Source: Paraspadella gotoi
Lineage: Eukaryota > Animalia > Chaetognatha
Assembly: GCA_051294375.1 (NCBI GenBank)
Contig: CM119270.1
Coordinates: forward strand, 4,844,152-4,908,151
Direction: 5' to 3'
DNA: 64,000 bases
A program made the translations under genes and the position numbers. Positions 13,790 through 41,804 of this stretch are shown one piece after another; within the stretch, counting starts at the first letter, position 1, and each line of letters opens with the position of its first letter. Below the pieces are notes generated by a model, which had not been told where the DNA came from, did not search any database, and saw only the letters and a program-made list of their open reading frames with translations.

Positions 13790-14420
13790 ATAGCTAAACC
13801 TTCTTACCTAATTCAGTTTTTCAACCTTTTCTACATAAAAAACAATGGTAGTATTTTAAGAAAGCTATAATTTCAAAAACCTAATTAAATTATTCAACTT
13901 TGTGTACAATTAAAAAACAATGGTATTATTCAAAACAGCCTATTATTTTGAACGAGGTCAAGCATTTTTACCTCATTTAATTTTTCAACTTTACGTACAA
14001 TATGAAATCAGCAATATTAGTTTTCTCTCTCTCTCTTTTTATTTCTCTCTCTCTCACTCTTTTTCTCTCTCTCTCTTAATGATTTTTTGGTGACATTTGA
14101 ATTTGTTGCTAAATTAAAATAGGAGAAAAAAGCTTGACCCCGTTTCTTGGTAACTAGGGTACTACTAGGATATTCAATTTGTTAACCTTGCGGGCATTTT
14201 CAAATTTGTAATAGCAGTACTTCAAATGGGTTCAAGCAATTTTACCTCATTTAATTTGTCAACCTTTTGTACATTTTAAAAAAACAATGGTAGTACTTCA
14301 GACAAGCGATAATTTTAAGTGGGGTCAAGAAACATTTTAAATTACACCAACTATTCCAATTTCAATTAACAATGGTAGTACTCCAACCACCCTTAAATTA
14401 GAAACAGGGTCAAGCTTTTC
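13790..14420. repeat. Degenerate tandem repeat with recurring 'aacaatggtagta' and 'ggtcaagc' motifs
   Basis: Motifs recur at ~13841, 13916, 14283 and 14369 with similar flanks. Confidence 0.5.
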
Positions 14421-15596
14421 CTGAAATTTCAATTCACAACATTAACATTTTCACACATTCTCTCACACTCTTATACTACAAAACTCACCGGTCAAGCCTG
14501 GTCATTTCTCCCTATTCGTATTAACCGTTTTAGGGAGGAGTAAGAAAATCTTTAAATAATTATGCATTATTTTGACTAAAAAGTATTCAGAACTGCTGCT
14601 TTGCTATACGGTTCGGCGAATTATGATTAAGCTGAGATGCTCCATGGATATTGGATAGTTTTAACCAATGTTTGTAGTAATTATTGTCATTTGAGTATTT
14701 CTTGTTTGTCTTGAAACCAATTGCTCAGCGCTCACGCTTTTCTTTCAGTTTTGATGTTATTATTTGATTAAGTTTTATATGAAAAATGTTTTTTATAAGA
14801 TTATCTTTCCACGCTCATCCTAAATCTGTTTTTCTCTCTCCCTCTCTCTCTCTCTCTCTCTCACATTAAAGCCCACCTTCCTCGATTGCGTTTCCAGACA
14901 TCAGTGTCTAAAAATGACTATACAGTTGCAGCTGTTGCTTGTATTTTTTAATCTCTGTACTTTTGTATTTTTTGTAAAAATAAGTGTTTTTTTTAAATTT
15001 ATCTTTGTAGTGAATAGCGTAAAATTTTTGTAAACCAAGAGAAGGTTTGACCTTTGATCTTTCATAAAAAAATTGAGGCCTGATTATCAGACTAACCCTT
15101 AAATCAATAAGGTTGATTTTAGATATTGTTTACCTATTAAAATTTAAACTTTAAAAGCTAAAATCTTACGTATTAGTAATAACGCTATTTCCGTTTAAAT
15201 GTGTAGCAAAGTGTCAAGTCAAACTTTCATCTTTATTCTCCGTTGTGATTGGTCAGAGTCGAAACTGCGTTACAAATCATTCTTCCTCATTGGTGCTCTT
15301 CCTCCCTCCCCTTAAAATAAAACCGTTAAGTGTTATCTAATTTGCTCTGCTGTTTTTTATTTCTTGTTTGATATTGTTATTTAGAAAGTGAATAAAAACT
15401 GGAAAATTGCCCAATAAATCTTGCTATTCTTTGATAAAATTTGTCAGTAAAGTTTAAAAAATGCGAGATAGCGAGTGATTTAAGCCACAATTTAATAGTG
15501 AAACTAGTAATTTAGAAATTTAAAAATTTGCTTATCCTAATTTTCTTCCTTTTTTACTTTTTTATTGATTTTTCTTTTATCTTTAAGATCATTATC

Positions 15597-15659
<63 letters not shown>

Positions 15660-15961
15660 CTTCCTCGGAACTTACTCTGTCTCTGTCATCGTTTTTTTTC
15701 GAATCAGAGGGCATCCTTTCCTCCTTTTCTCCTCGTTACCTTTATTATTCTCTTCTTAAATTTCATTTTTTTTCTTTTTAATTTCTTTTTTTTCTTTTTT
15801 TTTAATTTCTTTTTCTTTTCTTTTTCATTTATTTTTCTATTTTTTCTCTACTTTCTTTCTTATTTTACTTTGTTTCGTAATTTGACTTTATTTTCTATTT
15901 TCTCTCTATAATTTACTTCAATTTGTTTGTTTTGGTTTTTATCCTTAGTTTTTTTTAAATA

Positions 15962-18900
15962 CAGTACCGGTCTTGGCTTTCCTTCATAAGTCCAGGGAAG
16001 CTATATCTTCTATAATAATGAATGGAATGACTTGATATGCATGTGTGGGATGGAACTCGGTATGGTCTATTCCCCATTCTATATTTCAAAAAAAAATTTT
16101 GAAGTTTTGTTTTGACCATCATTTTTTTTAAAAAAATTTATTTGCATACTGTGCTCAAAATACTTGAACGATATATTTTTTTTTCTCAGTAAAAATTAAT
16201 CTAACATTACTTGGTCTAATGGTAAAGTGTTAGGCTGAAAAAAAATTTTATTTATTAATTTATGCATAGTTGCTAATTATGATAATTAGCTTATTATTTA
16301 TTTTTTATTTATTAGTTAAACTTTTTATTATAGAAATTAATAGTTTATTGATAGGCAATTTTATTCCTGTAATCAAATTATAATTTTTTTTTATAATTAA
16401 CTAAATAGTAATTTTTAATATATTACTATAAAATATGATTTTTTGATAAATAATATTTTTTTAAAAAAAGTTTAAGCCAAACTATTGGTAAAATATTACT
16501 GATTACAAATATATAAATTTTTTTAAATTTGGATAACCCTTTAATAAAATAGAGCCCCAAAAAAGCCCTAAAAATGGTTAAAAACACCTATTTTTTAAAC
16601 CTTTCTAAAAACTGCAATAACACGAATTTTCAACTCAAATTTTGTAAGTTATATTAAAATTGGTAGTATTTTATTGCCTGAAAAAATCAGAGACGTAGAA
16701 ATAATTTTTACCTAATTATACAGATTAAATAGGGAGACGTCCTAATAAATTCAGGTAACTTTAAATTTTGCTGAGGTCGTCTAAGTTTTCTCGTATTTTT
16801 TTCTATCTCTTTGTTTCTTTTTTCTTTTATTACCTCTCCCTTTTTTTACTTCATTCTCTCTCTCTTTAAAAAATGAAGAAAAGTGTGAATTTTATCAAGG
16901 ATATGATGCACTTTCAAAAACGGAAGTGGCCGGAAGAGGGCGATATAGTAGGATCAGTGATATCAGTAATGCAGAATATTTCATGTAATGTCTGCTTGTT
17001 TCGAATGAAACTTTGCAGAGTAGTGATCAACAATAAGATGTTTGTAATACATAAATATCTTAGTTATGTAGTCATGTGATCACAAGGAAATACACGTAAA
17101 AAGAAAATCATTGCAGCGCAACGCATTATGTGGATTTGAACCCGAGAACAGCTTCATCCAACAAGTATTTGCTCAGCTAATGTCGCCACTCTATAGATAT
17201 TGTTATTTGTTAGAACCTTTAATACTTAAACTTGTTTTAACTTTTGTTTTATCAAACAAATGATCAACTCTAATCATCAGTAAATAGCTGATTCATAAGT
17301 TTCATCTCCATCTAGCTTAGAATCCGATTTTCAAAGATAACAAATAATAAAACTGACTTCAAATCTCAGCAGTTATTAATTTAATTATTACTCTCTGTTA
17401 TCGTCTTATTATTTTACTGAGTCTTTAATTAATTACATAATTGATTGATTGTTTGTTCATGTAGATATTCAGATTTCTTGCTGGCAAAAGTACTATGAAT
17501 ATCTATATGCTTTGATTATTTTATTAAGGTCACTCTTATTACATTAACCAAGCAAGTTGGTTACATTGAACTTTTACCTCAAAGCTGATAAACTTTGCCT
17601 ACGCCACGAGCGTCAACGTAGCGCCTCTTTTTTCTTCTTTCTTCTTTCTTTTCTTCTTTTTTCTTTCTATGACTATCGGTCACTCTATAAATTTGTACAC
17701 AATAAAAAGAAAAAGAAATGGAAATGACTTTGAATGGAAAAAACTAAGTCACATTTAGTTTAATCTTTTTACTAATTTTAACAATAATTACACAAATTAA
17801 TCATAATTAGATGGATAGATTGAGATAAATTTTGTGTTTGGGTAGGAAAGTGTGTGATTGTGTTAAATATAAAGTTTCGATGGAATCGTGCAAGTGGAAA
17901 AGAGTTTAGGTAGAAAAAACAAGTCATATTTACCTAAACCTTTTAAATATTTTATTAATTCAGAATTTCATAGATTAACTGATATAAAATTTTGTGTGTG
18001 GGTAAGAAAGTGAGTCATTAAGCTGCTATAAAGTTTCGATGGAATCGTGCAAGTAAAAATGAGTTTTAATAGAACAAAAGGTAATTCAAATGTGTTGTGC
18101 CGCAGTGTCTGCCTTATCACGTATATTTTTCGTGACATGACATGCATGATGTAATATGACATGATCTGACATAACATAACTTCATGAATACAATAACTTT
18201 TTAACCCATATATTTAGACCTGCACTGCATCAAAATTCCGTCTTTTATTCCTTTTAGTTTTAGGATTTTTGAAGGCGGCGCTTGCAGTCTTTTAGATTTC
18301 AGGTTTTTTTCTGTCTGAACAAATGAGCAACAAGTGGGACAGACTGACGAACAGACATATCCCGACCCGACAAGTGACTTATAGAGCTGCTCCGCGAGTA
18401 CTCACGGCGCATTTATTCAATTAAAAGTATACAAAACTTGGGTAAAACATTCTTAATATTTGGTAAGCCCTTTCTTGGCATCGAGTACTGCCTGCATTCG
18501 TCTGGGCATGCTCTCATACAGCAAATTGAGGTATGACAGTGAAACATTTTTCTACATCTTTTACGCAATTATTTTCAGACCCGATATTGATGTTGCATAT
18601 CTTTCCCTCTTTTCTAAAAAGTATAATAGCACTTTTTTGAACCAAAAAGAGGTGCAAAAGAAATAAAAATAAATAACTAAATACCAAAAATGGAAGAAAA
18701 CTAAATATGATTTTTTTCGCCATTTTTCATTTGAAGTAACAATATCTATTTGCCTGTAACTTCTAAATGATTTGACCTACAAAAAAATGAAAGGAAGCTA
18801 CTGAAAGGAAATTCAATGTAGATCCGGAAACATTCTAATTTTTTTAAATCATATAAAAATTTAGAATAGATATCCTTTATTAAAAATGTTATATACTTTT

Positions 18901-20576
18901 TTCCTAGATAGTACGACCGGTCTCTCTCACTAAATCCTCTCTCCTCTTTCTCCAAGCCGGTCAATCCAAAGCCAGTTGACCAAATTATGCAAATTAACTA
19001 AATTATGAAAGTTGACCAAATTATGCAAGGTGACCAAATTATGCAAGTTGACCACATAATGCAACTTGACAAAATTATGCAGTTGCCTGAATTATGCCAG
19101 TTATCCAAATTATGCAAGTTGACTAAATTATGCAAATAAACTAAATTATGAAAGTTGACCAAATTTTTCAGGTTAACAAAATTATTCCAGTTGACTAGAC
19201 TAAATTATTCTATTTGATCAAATTATGCCAGCCGATAAAATATGTCAGTTGACCAAATTATGCCAGCTGACCACATTATGCCAGGTGACCAAATTATGCC
19301 ATTTGACCAAATTATGCAAGTTGATCAAATTATCGAAGGCAGATCCGACGTTGTTTGCTCAACTTGTTTTATTCTTTAGTTGCCTGATTCTACTTTTCTA
19401 AAGAACCTCTTTAAAATACGAAGAAATGGAGGTCCTAATATTTTTGGAATCACAACACCCTCAAAAATAATTAAAATTAGAAAAATTCAGCCTAATCATA
19501 GCACAGTCTCTCACGAGTTAAAGCTCAACTGACAGAAAAAATGTCAGAGCCAAAGAGAGAGAGAGTAGGAATGGGAGAGAGAGAGAGAGAGTAGGAATGG
19601 GAGAGAGAGTGAGAGAGAGAGAAAGATAAGGAGAGAGAGACACACACACACAGAGAACGAGAGAGAGAGAGAGAAAGAGAATGAAGGAAAGAAAGGGAAA
19701 GGTAATACAAGAAGAAAGAAACAAAGAGATAGAAAAAAATACGAGAAAACTTAAACGACCTCAGCAAAATTTAAAATTACCTGAATTTATTAGGACGTCT
19801 CTCTATTTAATCTGTATAATTAGGTAAAAATTATTACTACGTCTCTGATTTTTTTCAGGCAATAAAATACTACCAATTCTTGCCTACCTTACAAAATTTG
19901 AGTTGAAAATTCGTTTATTAGGCAGTTTTAGAAAGGTTTAAAAAATAGGTGTTTTTAACCATTTTTAGGCTTTTTTGGGGCTCTATTTTATTAAAGGGTT
20001 ATCCAAATTTAAAAAAAATTATATATTTGTAATCAGTAACATTTTACCAATAGTTTGGCATAAACTTTTTTTAAAAAAATATTATTTATCAAAAAATCAT
20101 ATTTTGTAGTAATATATTAAAAATCACTATTTAGTTAATTATAAAAACAAATTATAATTTGATTACAGGAATAAAATTGCCTATCAATCAACTATTAATT
20201 TCTATAATAAAAGTTTAACTAATAAATAAAAAATAAATAATAAGCTAATTATTATAATTAGCAACTATGCATAAATTAATAAATAATTTTTTTTTCAGCT
20301 TAACACTTTTACACATTAGACCAAGTAATGTTAGATTAATTTTTACTGAGAAAAAAAATATATCGTTCAAGTTATTTTGAGCACAGTATGCAAATTAAAT
20401 TTTTTTTAAAAAAATGAATGGTCAAAACAAAACTTCAAAATTTTTTTTGAAATATAGAATGGGGAATAGACCATACCGAGTTCCATCCCACACATGCATA
20501 TCAAGTCATTCCATTCATTATTATAGAAGATATAAGCTTCCCTGTGACTTATGAAGGAAAGCCAAGACCGGTACTG
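15962..20576. mobile_element. Non-autonomous Tc1/mariner-like element with ~870 bp terminal inverted repeats
   Basis: Termini TA|CAGTACCGGTCTTGGC ... GCCAAGACCGGTACTG|TA (TA TSD). 15962-~16820 is the reverse complement of ~19715-20576. No transposase ORF inside. Confidence 0.85.
18975..19371 (+). repeat. ~18-bp minisatellite (gttgaccaaattatgcaa)n plus 3' end of the Helentron/DINE-1-like family
   Basis: About 20 tandem units, then 'aggcagatccgacgttgtttgctcaacttgttttat'. The same array and terminus occur at ~60620-60940 and 62935-62972. Confidence 0.75.
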
Positions 20577-22045
20577 TATCAGGAGGTGGTGAACAGATTC
20601 GCAATAACGGTTCACTCTTAACTCATCCGAGGTAATATTTCTCTCGAAGTTTTCTACTTTTCCTATTCATGCACCTAAAAAACCCACGGACGACGACGAC
20701 GACGACGACGACGACGACCAAAAAGATAATCATAGACGAGGAAAAAAAAAGTTCATAATCACGAAATCAAGACGTCATATAAATCATCCAAAAACTTTTT
20801 TTAAATCACTAATCTCTAAATATCAGATCATGATTATGATGACGCTGAGTTTAGACATAAAGAAAGTTCAATCTCCATCACGACACACGATAAGAAATGG
20901 CGACCAAAAAAAACAAACAAATAAAACCACAAATAAATACAAAAAAGAATCGAGGTCAATTTTCCGAATCATTGTCCTTAGCGAAAGAAACAACTTCTTT
21001 CCTTTTCAATGTTTTTCCTCCAATCAACTAATTTTACATTTTCTTCCGTTCCTCAATCATCGTCATCATAATCTCTCTTTTCTCCATATCCTATCTCTTT
21101 CCTTTTTTTTTTCAAAAAAGAAAGATTCTCTAAACTAAAAAAAAGAGGAAGAAAAGAAAAAAGCTTCGGAGGAAAGAGGAAAGGTGAGGAAGGATTCTCC
21201 AATCTTCTTCTCCGTGTCCTTAACTTACCTGAACTTACCTCGAGGGTTTGACACGCTCGATATTTCCATCCTCCTCCTCCTCCTCCTCCTCATCCTCCTC
21301 CTCCTCCTCCTCGTTCAACATCCTCCTTAAATCCAAGACGTATTGTCTACTTACTTTGTAGTACATTTTTATTATATCTTCGCCGAAGATTCTTATCATT
21401 TTTTTTCTTCTTTTTTTATTTTCGGGAGAGAAACATGAATTTCCCGCTTTTCTATTCCGGAAAAAAAAATAATAGGAAAAATCTGAATGCGTTTACTGTT
21501 TTACGTTTTACGTAAGATAGAAACGGCGAAAAAATCAAAATTGGATTTTAAATTGTGATATTTTAAACATTAACATCCAAGACAGGAAAAATAGAAATTC
21601 TTTTCATTTGTATACAAATAGCGACTGTAAACGAATACGCCAGAGTAAAGCGATCCGAATAAAAATTCGCCGAATTTCAATACGTATTGTGTTCATTGAT
21701 ATTGTAATTATATTTCGAATCTACTGGATATCACATATTTACTCAAATCCGACAATTTTGGACAGGTTCGAACCTCCATCAACTATCAAAACAATTTTCG
21801 ATTCTTTATTCTGGCAACGAATGATTAAAAGACAAAAGATCCTCATTTGTGGAGGGATTTTTCCGTCAAGAACCACACCTGCTTTTCAATAGAAATATTT
21901 TTTTTTTTAAATATTGCCAGCCTGTATATGATTAGACAACCAAAAATATTCTTTCTCGTCGGTGTCAAGCCGAAATGGTCCCACTCCCTTGATATGAAAT
22001 TGGTACAATCAATATAAAAATTACCCATTCATTTAATAAATAAGC

Positions 22046-22110
22046 TATCTTGCCCGTGACTTTGAACAGGCTTTGGTTTGGTTTAAGGCCTCCATCACTC
22101 TTACAAGATA
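22046..22110 (-). ncRNA. Twister-like ribozyme motif, family C (slightly degenerate)
   Basis: Minus strand TATCTTGT-AAGAGT-GA-TGG-AGGCCT-TAA-ACC-(AA)AC-CAAAG-CCTG-TTCAAAGT-CACG-GGCAAGATA; same family as 38904-38966. Confidence 0.55.
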
Positions 22111-22320
22111 ATGACATATATATTTTTTTCTTTCCTTATTATCGCCATCTGAAGGACAAAAAAAAAAAAAACCGGATTCATTGACAAAAGAGCATCAAGC
22201 GATCGATCGAAGAAGCGACGACCTTTTTCTTCCGTTCCTCATCTTTCGCTTGTTTATCGGTTTGTTTGTCTTTTGTTTTCGCCCGAACTTTCCAAAATCC
22301 TAAAACGTCGCCGTAATAGA

Positions 22321-23030
22321 TCTTTCTTTTTTCTGTCTTTCTTTCTATCTTAAGACATAGCTTTCATCGTTCTTTTTGATTTCTGTCTTTCTTTCTATCT
22401 TAAGACATCGCTTTAATCGATCTTTCTTTTTTCTGTCTTTCTATCTATCTTAAGACATTGCTTTCATCGATCTTTCTGATTGCTGTCTTTCTTTCTATCT
22501 TAAGACATCGCTTTAATCGATCTTTCTTTTTTTCTGTTTTTATTTCTTTCTTAAGACATCGCTTTCATCGATCTTTCTTTTTTTCTGTCTTTTTTTCTAT
22601 CTTAAGACATCACTTTCATAGATCTTTCATTTTTCTGTCTTTCTATCTATCTTAAGACATTGCTTTAATTTATCTTTCTTTTTTCTCTCTTTCTTTCTAT
22701 CTTAAGTCATCGCTTTAATCGATCTTTCTTTTTTCTCTCTTTCTTTCTATCTTAAGACATCGCTTTAATCGATCTTTCTTTTTTTCTGTCTTTCTTTCTA
22801 TCTTAAGACATTGCTTTAATCGATCTTTTTTTTCTGTCTTTCAATCTATATTAAGACATCGCTTTAATTGATCTTTCTTTTTTTCTGTCTTTCTTTCTAT
22901 CTTAAGTCATCGCTTTAATCGATCTTTCTTTTTTCTGTCTTTCTTTCTATCTAAGACATCGCTTTTATCGATCTTTCTCTTCTTTTTTTTTCTTTCTATC
23001 CTTTGACGTCGCGTTAATCGATCTTTCGCA
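22321..23030. repeat. ~50-bp tandem minisatellite (~14 copies)
   Basis: Unit 'tctttcttttttctgtctttctttctatcttaagacatcgctttaatcga' repeated head to tail. Confidence 0.9.
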
Positions 23031-23662
23031 GTAATCCTTCTTTTTAATTTCCTTCCTTCTTTCTATCCTTAGACATAGCATTAATTATTCTCTTTTTTCC
23101 CCCATCTTCTTTTCTTCGTTACTTAGTTTGTTTGTTTTTTTATTATATTTTTTCAATTTCCTTCTTAATTATTTTTCTCTCTTTCCTTTTTTCCAAGATT
23201 TGTTTTCCTTTTTTTTAGTATCTTTTTTTCCTTTCTTCTTCTTTTTTTTCTTTTTTACTTTGAGCTTCATTTCTTTTCCTCCATTGTCGCCAATGACCTT
23301 AAGTTCTGGATCCGTCGTCGTTCTCGTCGTCGTCTTCGTCGTCGTCGTCGTCGTCGTCGTTGGCTGTGGTCAGGTTTAGTCAAGGACAAGTCCAGCCTTC
23401 CAGTTCATCAACGATGACCACCAAATATCTCATCTTCGTCGTCGCTGTTGTCGTCGTTGTCGTCGTTGTAGCCTTCTCCGCTTTCTGTTAAAACCAATAT
23501 TTATTGTATTGGCAATAGTTTAATGACGAATTACAATTTTTGTTTAATATTTTTTTCAAATTTCCCGGTAACTGGAATCTGGTTTTCGTTTTCAGTCTTT
23601 TCCTTACTGATTATCATAAACCACAATAGCGCGCGCTCTCTGCTCTCTCCCTCTCAGTACTC

Positions 23663-23749
<87 letters not shown>

Positions 23750-25288
23750 CCTAGGCAACCATCGTCGCTTCCATCGATTCCATGTCTTCAGGCAGAATCT
23801 CGACCACCTTCATCCTCGTTTCATCCTCCAGATTCCTTTTTTTTTTTCCTTCCTCGTCAGGATCGTCGTCGTCGTCGTCGTCATCGTCGTCGTCGTCGTC
23901 GTCGCGTTGCGTGGCTTCCATCCGACTCTCGTTGTCTTTGGATCTGCGCCGGGCAGCAACAGGCGACTGACAACAGGGAAATTGTCAACAAATGGCGACG
24001 AATGGACAAATATTTTACCGACAAAGGAGGAAACAAAGGAGAACGACGACGCCAACGAAACATGAAAATATAAGAAACGCGACGAAAAACAAGTCGGGCC
24101 ATTTGGATGTTTTAATAAAAATGGAACTTTGTTCCATGATAATTAATTAAGAAGGATCGCCGTAAGAAAAACTGTTCGAAAGAAATGCCATTAGGTGGAA
24201 AAATATATAAGTTAAGCGACGAAGGTCCTTTCTTGTTATATATAAACACGTAATATTAGTTGATATATGTAGTTATAAGCAATATAATTACGGCTTCATC
24301 TCGTGTCCTGATTTAAAGTAACATTAACCGAGATAGAAAAGATTGGTAATGTTGAGAAGCGATCGACGCTAGGAAAAATCGATCCTCGAAAGAATCTGAA
24401 AAGATGGCGAGACTTTTTACTCAAATTTCTCTCTTTTTTAATTCATAGATTTTTCTCTCTTGCTTTCGATGAGGTTCCCACAAAAGCGAGAAAAGAAAAT
24501 AAGTTTTTTTTTTTTTTTTTTTTTTATGAAAAAATAATTATTCGCCGCTTTAAGAATAAAAAGTAAAACAAAAACAAAACGACATTAGCTTTTGTTTGAC
24601 TTTTACAATCTGAAAAAAAAAGATATAGTATTTAGAAATTCATATTGAGATTTGTAAATATTTTGAATCAAATGATCGAATAATTTTTCAAAGTAGTCAA
24701 GATTTCGTTGTGTGACAAATGTGAGAATTTCGGAGACTAAGAAAAACCTTCGTCTTTAGAACAAAAAAAAACATTTTTGTTTTCCATTTTTTATCAAAAA
24801 CTTTTGCTCTTTTTTTTGACAAAAAAATTTTCTTCAAGGTTAGCATTTTGTTTTTCAGCAGAAAATTATTTTACGTTATGAGGGGATAATCTTTATTTTT
24901 AATTTTTCGCTAAACTGGTAGATTAAAAAAAAAATTCGGGTTTCTATTATATTCAATGTTCAATACGGAGTCAATTATTACATCAGAAATAACACAACTT
25001 GAAATAGGCGCATTGTTTTTTTGTAAAAGTTCCTCAAAATAAAAATCTCATCTTGTTTTTTAATATGAGATAACTGGGCGAGAAGTAAAACAATTTTCTT
25101 GTATATTTCATCACATACTTTTTTTCTAAAACTTGGCGCAATTATATCTCAAAAATAAATCATTGCTTCGAATTTCCGTCGAAAACAAAAACATCGGCAA
25201 GAGCGGCGGCCCTGTCGCCTGTCGCCTGACGAGTTTTTCATCTTTCGCTTTCCGTTTTTCGTTTTCATCAGAAAAGCGAATTTAATTT

Positions 25289-25385
<97 letters not shown>

Positions 25386-26824
25386 CACCTGCGACCTGTA
25401 ATATTTTGACAATGTCGCGACGTCGCGAGTTCGAGTTGTCGACTAATCGATTCTGATTTACCTGCATCTTCAATTCTGCTTCGCGTTCATTCCTTCGTTT
25501 ACTTTTTTTTTAATTCCCGCTTCTCGCGATCGGAGAATTTCCGTCATAAATATAATGTATATGTTTGTTTTTTTATTGTTGTAATATTCTTTGTTTTTGT
25601 ACGAAATTGGTACAATGCATATAAAACTGTCTATTCATTCAGTTAATAAGATTTTTTTTTTCAGGAATTTAGACAGGATGTGTTGGTTTAATTCCACCCT
25701 CCCAATTCTCTTTTTTCTCTCAAACGACTGAAAGTTGCTTTCATCAACATCTTAGTTTTTGTATAAATTAATTAATTATTTGTTCTTTTGTTTCTGTCTT
25801 GATTTCCTTTTCTATTTAAAAACTCTTTCTGGTCAGTTCTTTTTCTCAAAGAAGCATTTTTTCCTTATTTCCTCCTAATTTGAATATTCTTTTTGAAATA
25901 TAGCCTCTTTTAAAAAACAAACCTAATATTTTTTTTCTTTTCCAGTAGCAGAGCCAGAGGGAAAATTTAAGATAATTCCTGAGTCTAAAAATATCTCATC
26001 AGTACTTTTTACTTTTTTCTCGGCGACTATTAAAATTGCCTTCATTAATTAAATCTATTTACTTCTACTTTTTTTGTCCCCAAAAACAAGTTTCTTTCCA
26101 ACTGAATAATTCTCATGCCTCGATATCCCATCGTGTTTCTTTCTCGATTCTGGACATAATCGATCAATTCCTCGTTACGAAATCGGTTTTCATTTTTTTT
26201 AACGGTAAAATCTGACGTCAACAAGAATCTATTGACGTCAAACGAGTTGACGATTTTGACTGAACCACGAAATATATGATATAAAGTTTTCTCTGTGTCT
26301 TTCTCTCTTTTTTACATACATACATAGATACACAAACATTTCTGATCTCAATTCGATGATTTTCTAAACGAAAAAAAATATATATTCCTTATTTTTTTAT
26401 TATTCGCCGATTTGGGTGGGATTCGAATTCGGGACGAAAGAGTAGGTCTTTGTCCAATCAAGATGCTCATTCTTCAAATTTTATTAGACTTAAATTGCTT
26501 TGGTTGTCGCCAAATTCAGTAGGAATAGGTCACGAATAGCAAACAGGAATTAACAACAACAACAACAAAAAAAAAAGCAAACAGGAAATACGACAACAAA
26601 ACAAACGGCCAATTTTTAATAGTTTTTTTCTTCCTTCAGTTTTAAGCTTTTTTTTATCTTTTCTGCTTCGTCTCTCCCTTTCGCTGGAATCATGAGCAAC
26701 ATTCTCGATCTTAAACCGGAAATGAAACCAAAACGTTGATCACGTGATAACAATTTTGGGAAAATTCAAAAACGTTAAAAAAAAAAAACGAATTAAATTT
26801 TGTCTAACAACGAAAGTTAAAAAA

Positions 26825-39834
<13,010 letters not shown>

Positions 39835-39862
39835 GTTGAGAGAGAGAAGAGGGAGAGAGAGC

Positions 39863-39893
<31 letters not shown>

Positions 39894-40024
39894 TAAGGAT
39901 TGGATAAAACCTTTTCTCTTGAGTGGGGAGAGAGAAGAGGGAGAGAGAGCAGAGAGAGAGAGAGAGAGAGAAGAATTGGATAAAACCTTTTCTTTTGAGT
40001 GGAGAGAGAGAAGAGGGAGAGAGA

Positions 40025-40058
<34 letters not shown>

Positions 40059-41804
40059 GGGAGAGATAAGGATTCGATAAAACCTTTTCTGCTTGAAAGT
40101 TCTGATGCTTGGGACTGATGCGCTTGCTTGAAGGAAACAGTTTGAGGAGATAGATTGATCATTGTGAGAACCTCTTCTTCAGATGATAAGCTAAGAATTG
40201 TGTTTACGGACGGGATTGTGCGAGGGATTAGCTTTGAATTTATAAAGAGGTATACTATAGTCGTATACCACTTTGGACAGATGTACTTCATCAAAATCAA
40301 TTTTTCGAAATTGTGAACGAAAAAAAACAAACTATTCCGTATTTTTTCTTCTGAAATCAAAAAAAAACTTTTTTTGGTGTTTTATTTACTATGATTTTTG
40401 TCATCACTGATACTATTACAATGATAGTTTAGTTCCATCCCTTAACATTCAGAAGGGATCTTGTTCATTTAATTTCGTTTTTTTTTCTTCTTATTCATCA
40501 TTTATGCTTAATTAATTCTAAATAATAGAGATTATTTTTTTGACAGAAATTCTTATATATGTCCTCATCTATTTCACTCGTTGATCAAAAAAAAAAATTA
40601 TCCTCATTTAAACTGTCAAAAAAAAAAACAAACAAAAAAAACCGGAAAACTATTGTTTAAGAAATTTATAACATACATGGGTCCTGTAAAAGATTTCTAT
40701 GGATTTCATTTTTGTACAATAATCAAACTTTCACTTCATATTTCACAACCGTGTAACTTTTTACAGGTGCATGGTTTTATGTTACAAAAACAACATTATT
40801 TTAGTGTTGGATTAATAGTTTATTATATCTAGTTTTATTTGTTTCTCTTCCTTTCCTTCCTTTTCTTTCTCTTCCTTCCTTTCTTCTTAAATTTCCGTTT
40901 TATAATTGTTAACACTGCTGTATGTCTTGATTAAGAAAATAAATAAATCGTTTTCAAACTGTTATTTTTTTAAAGTTTGGTTTAAAAACATCATAAATCG
41001 AATTTTTAAAGAAAAATTGAAAATTGGCTTAAAATTTAATTTAAACCATCTTTGGTTTGTATAATTACGAATCACGAATTTTTTTTACATCTGATAATTG
41101 TTAGTAATTATTGGTGTTATTGGTATTTCTTTAATATTTTTGGAATTTTTGGCAATGACGTTTCGTCTATTTAGACACTAATGTTTTCTTCGAGTTTTTT
41201 CTTAGTTTTTGTGATATTTTCTGACTGTGTTGTTTCGGTTTTTAGTATTAGCAAGATAGCTATTTTACAATTATTTTTGGGTTTCTTTCTTTTTTATTGA
41301 GAACTTCCATAAAGTGATTCTAAGGTAATGACAATTTGATAGAAATTAAACTTATTCAAAAAAATATGTTGATTAGTTATAAGAAAAAAAAACCTTTCCC
41401 TTATTTAAGTATTATTAAAGTTTTATCTGACTAAAAAAATAAATAAATAAAAACAACTTTTCTACCATCATGCTTTTTTATCGTTAGAATCGCGGTTACA
41501 GCGAAAAGAAATATATAAACTATAATCGAATAAAAACAATGCTCGTTGCCAATTTCGCATTGGAAGACGAAATTCAGAATTCGCAAATATAAAAAAAAAA
41601 ATACTTATCAAGAATCAGGATTTATGACGAAACTTCAACGATTCTCATAATTTTCATAAATCTCAAAATTGTGCAAACAAATGCGAAACGAACAATTTCT
41701 AAATGGGGAACATGACTAGTGCGTTTGCGTTTCAAGATTCGAGGTTTCCCGATGTTTAATACTTGATTTTTGTTTGGTTAGTTTTTATTATTCCTTTTGT
41801 TTTG

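Noticed and set aside
18975-19335. 18-bp array as iterons or CRISPR
   Set aside because: No spacers; it is the internal tandem repeat of a transposon family also present at ~60620-60940.
22321-23030. Regularly spaced repeats resembling a CRISPR array
   Set aside because: Units are contiguous with no unique spacers, the context is eukaryotic and there are no cas genes; it is a minisatellite.
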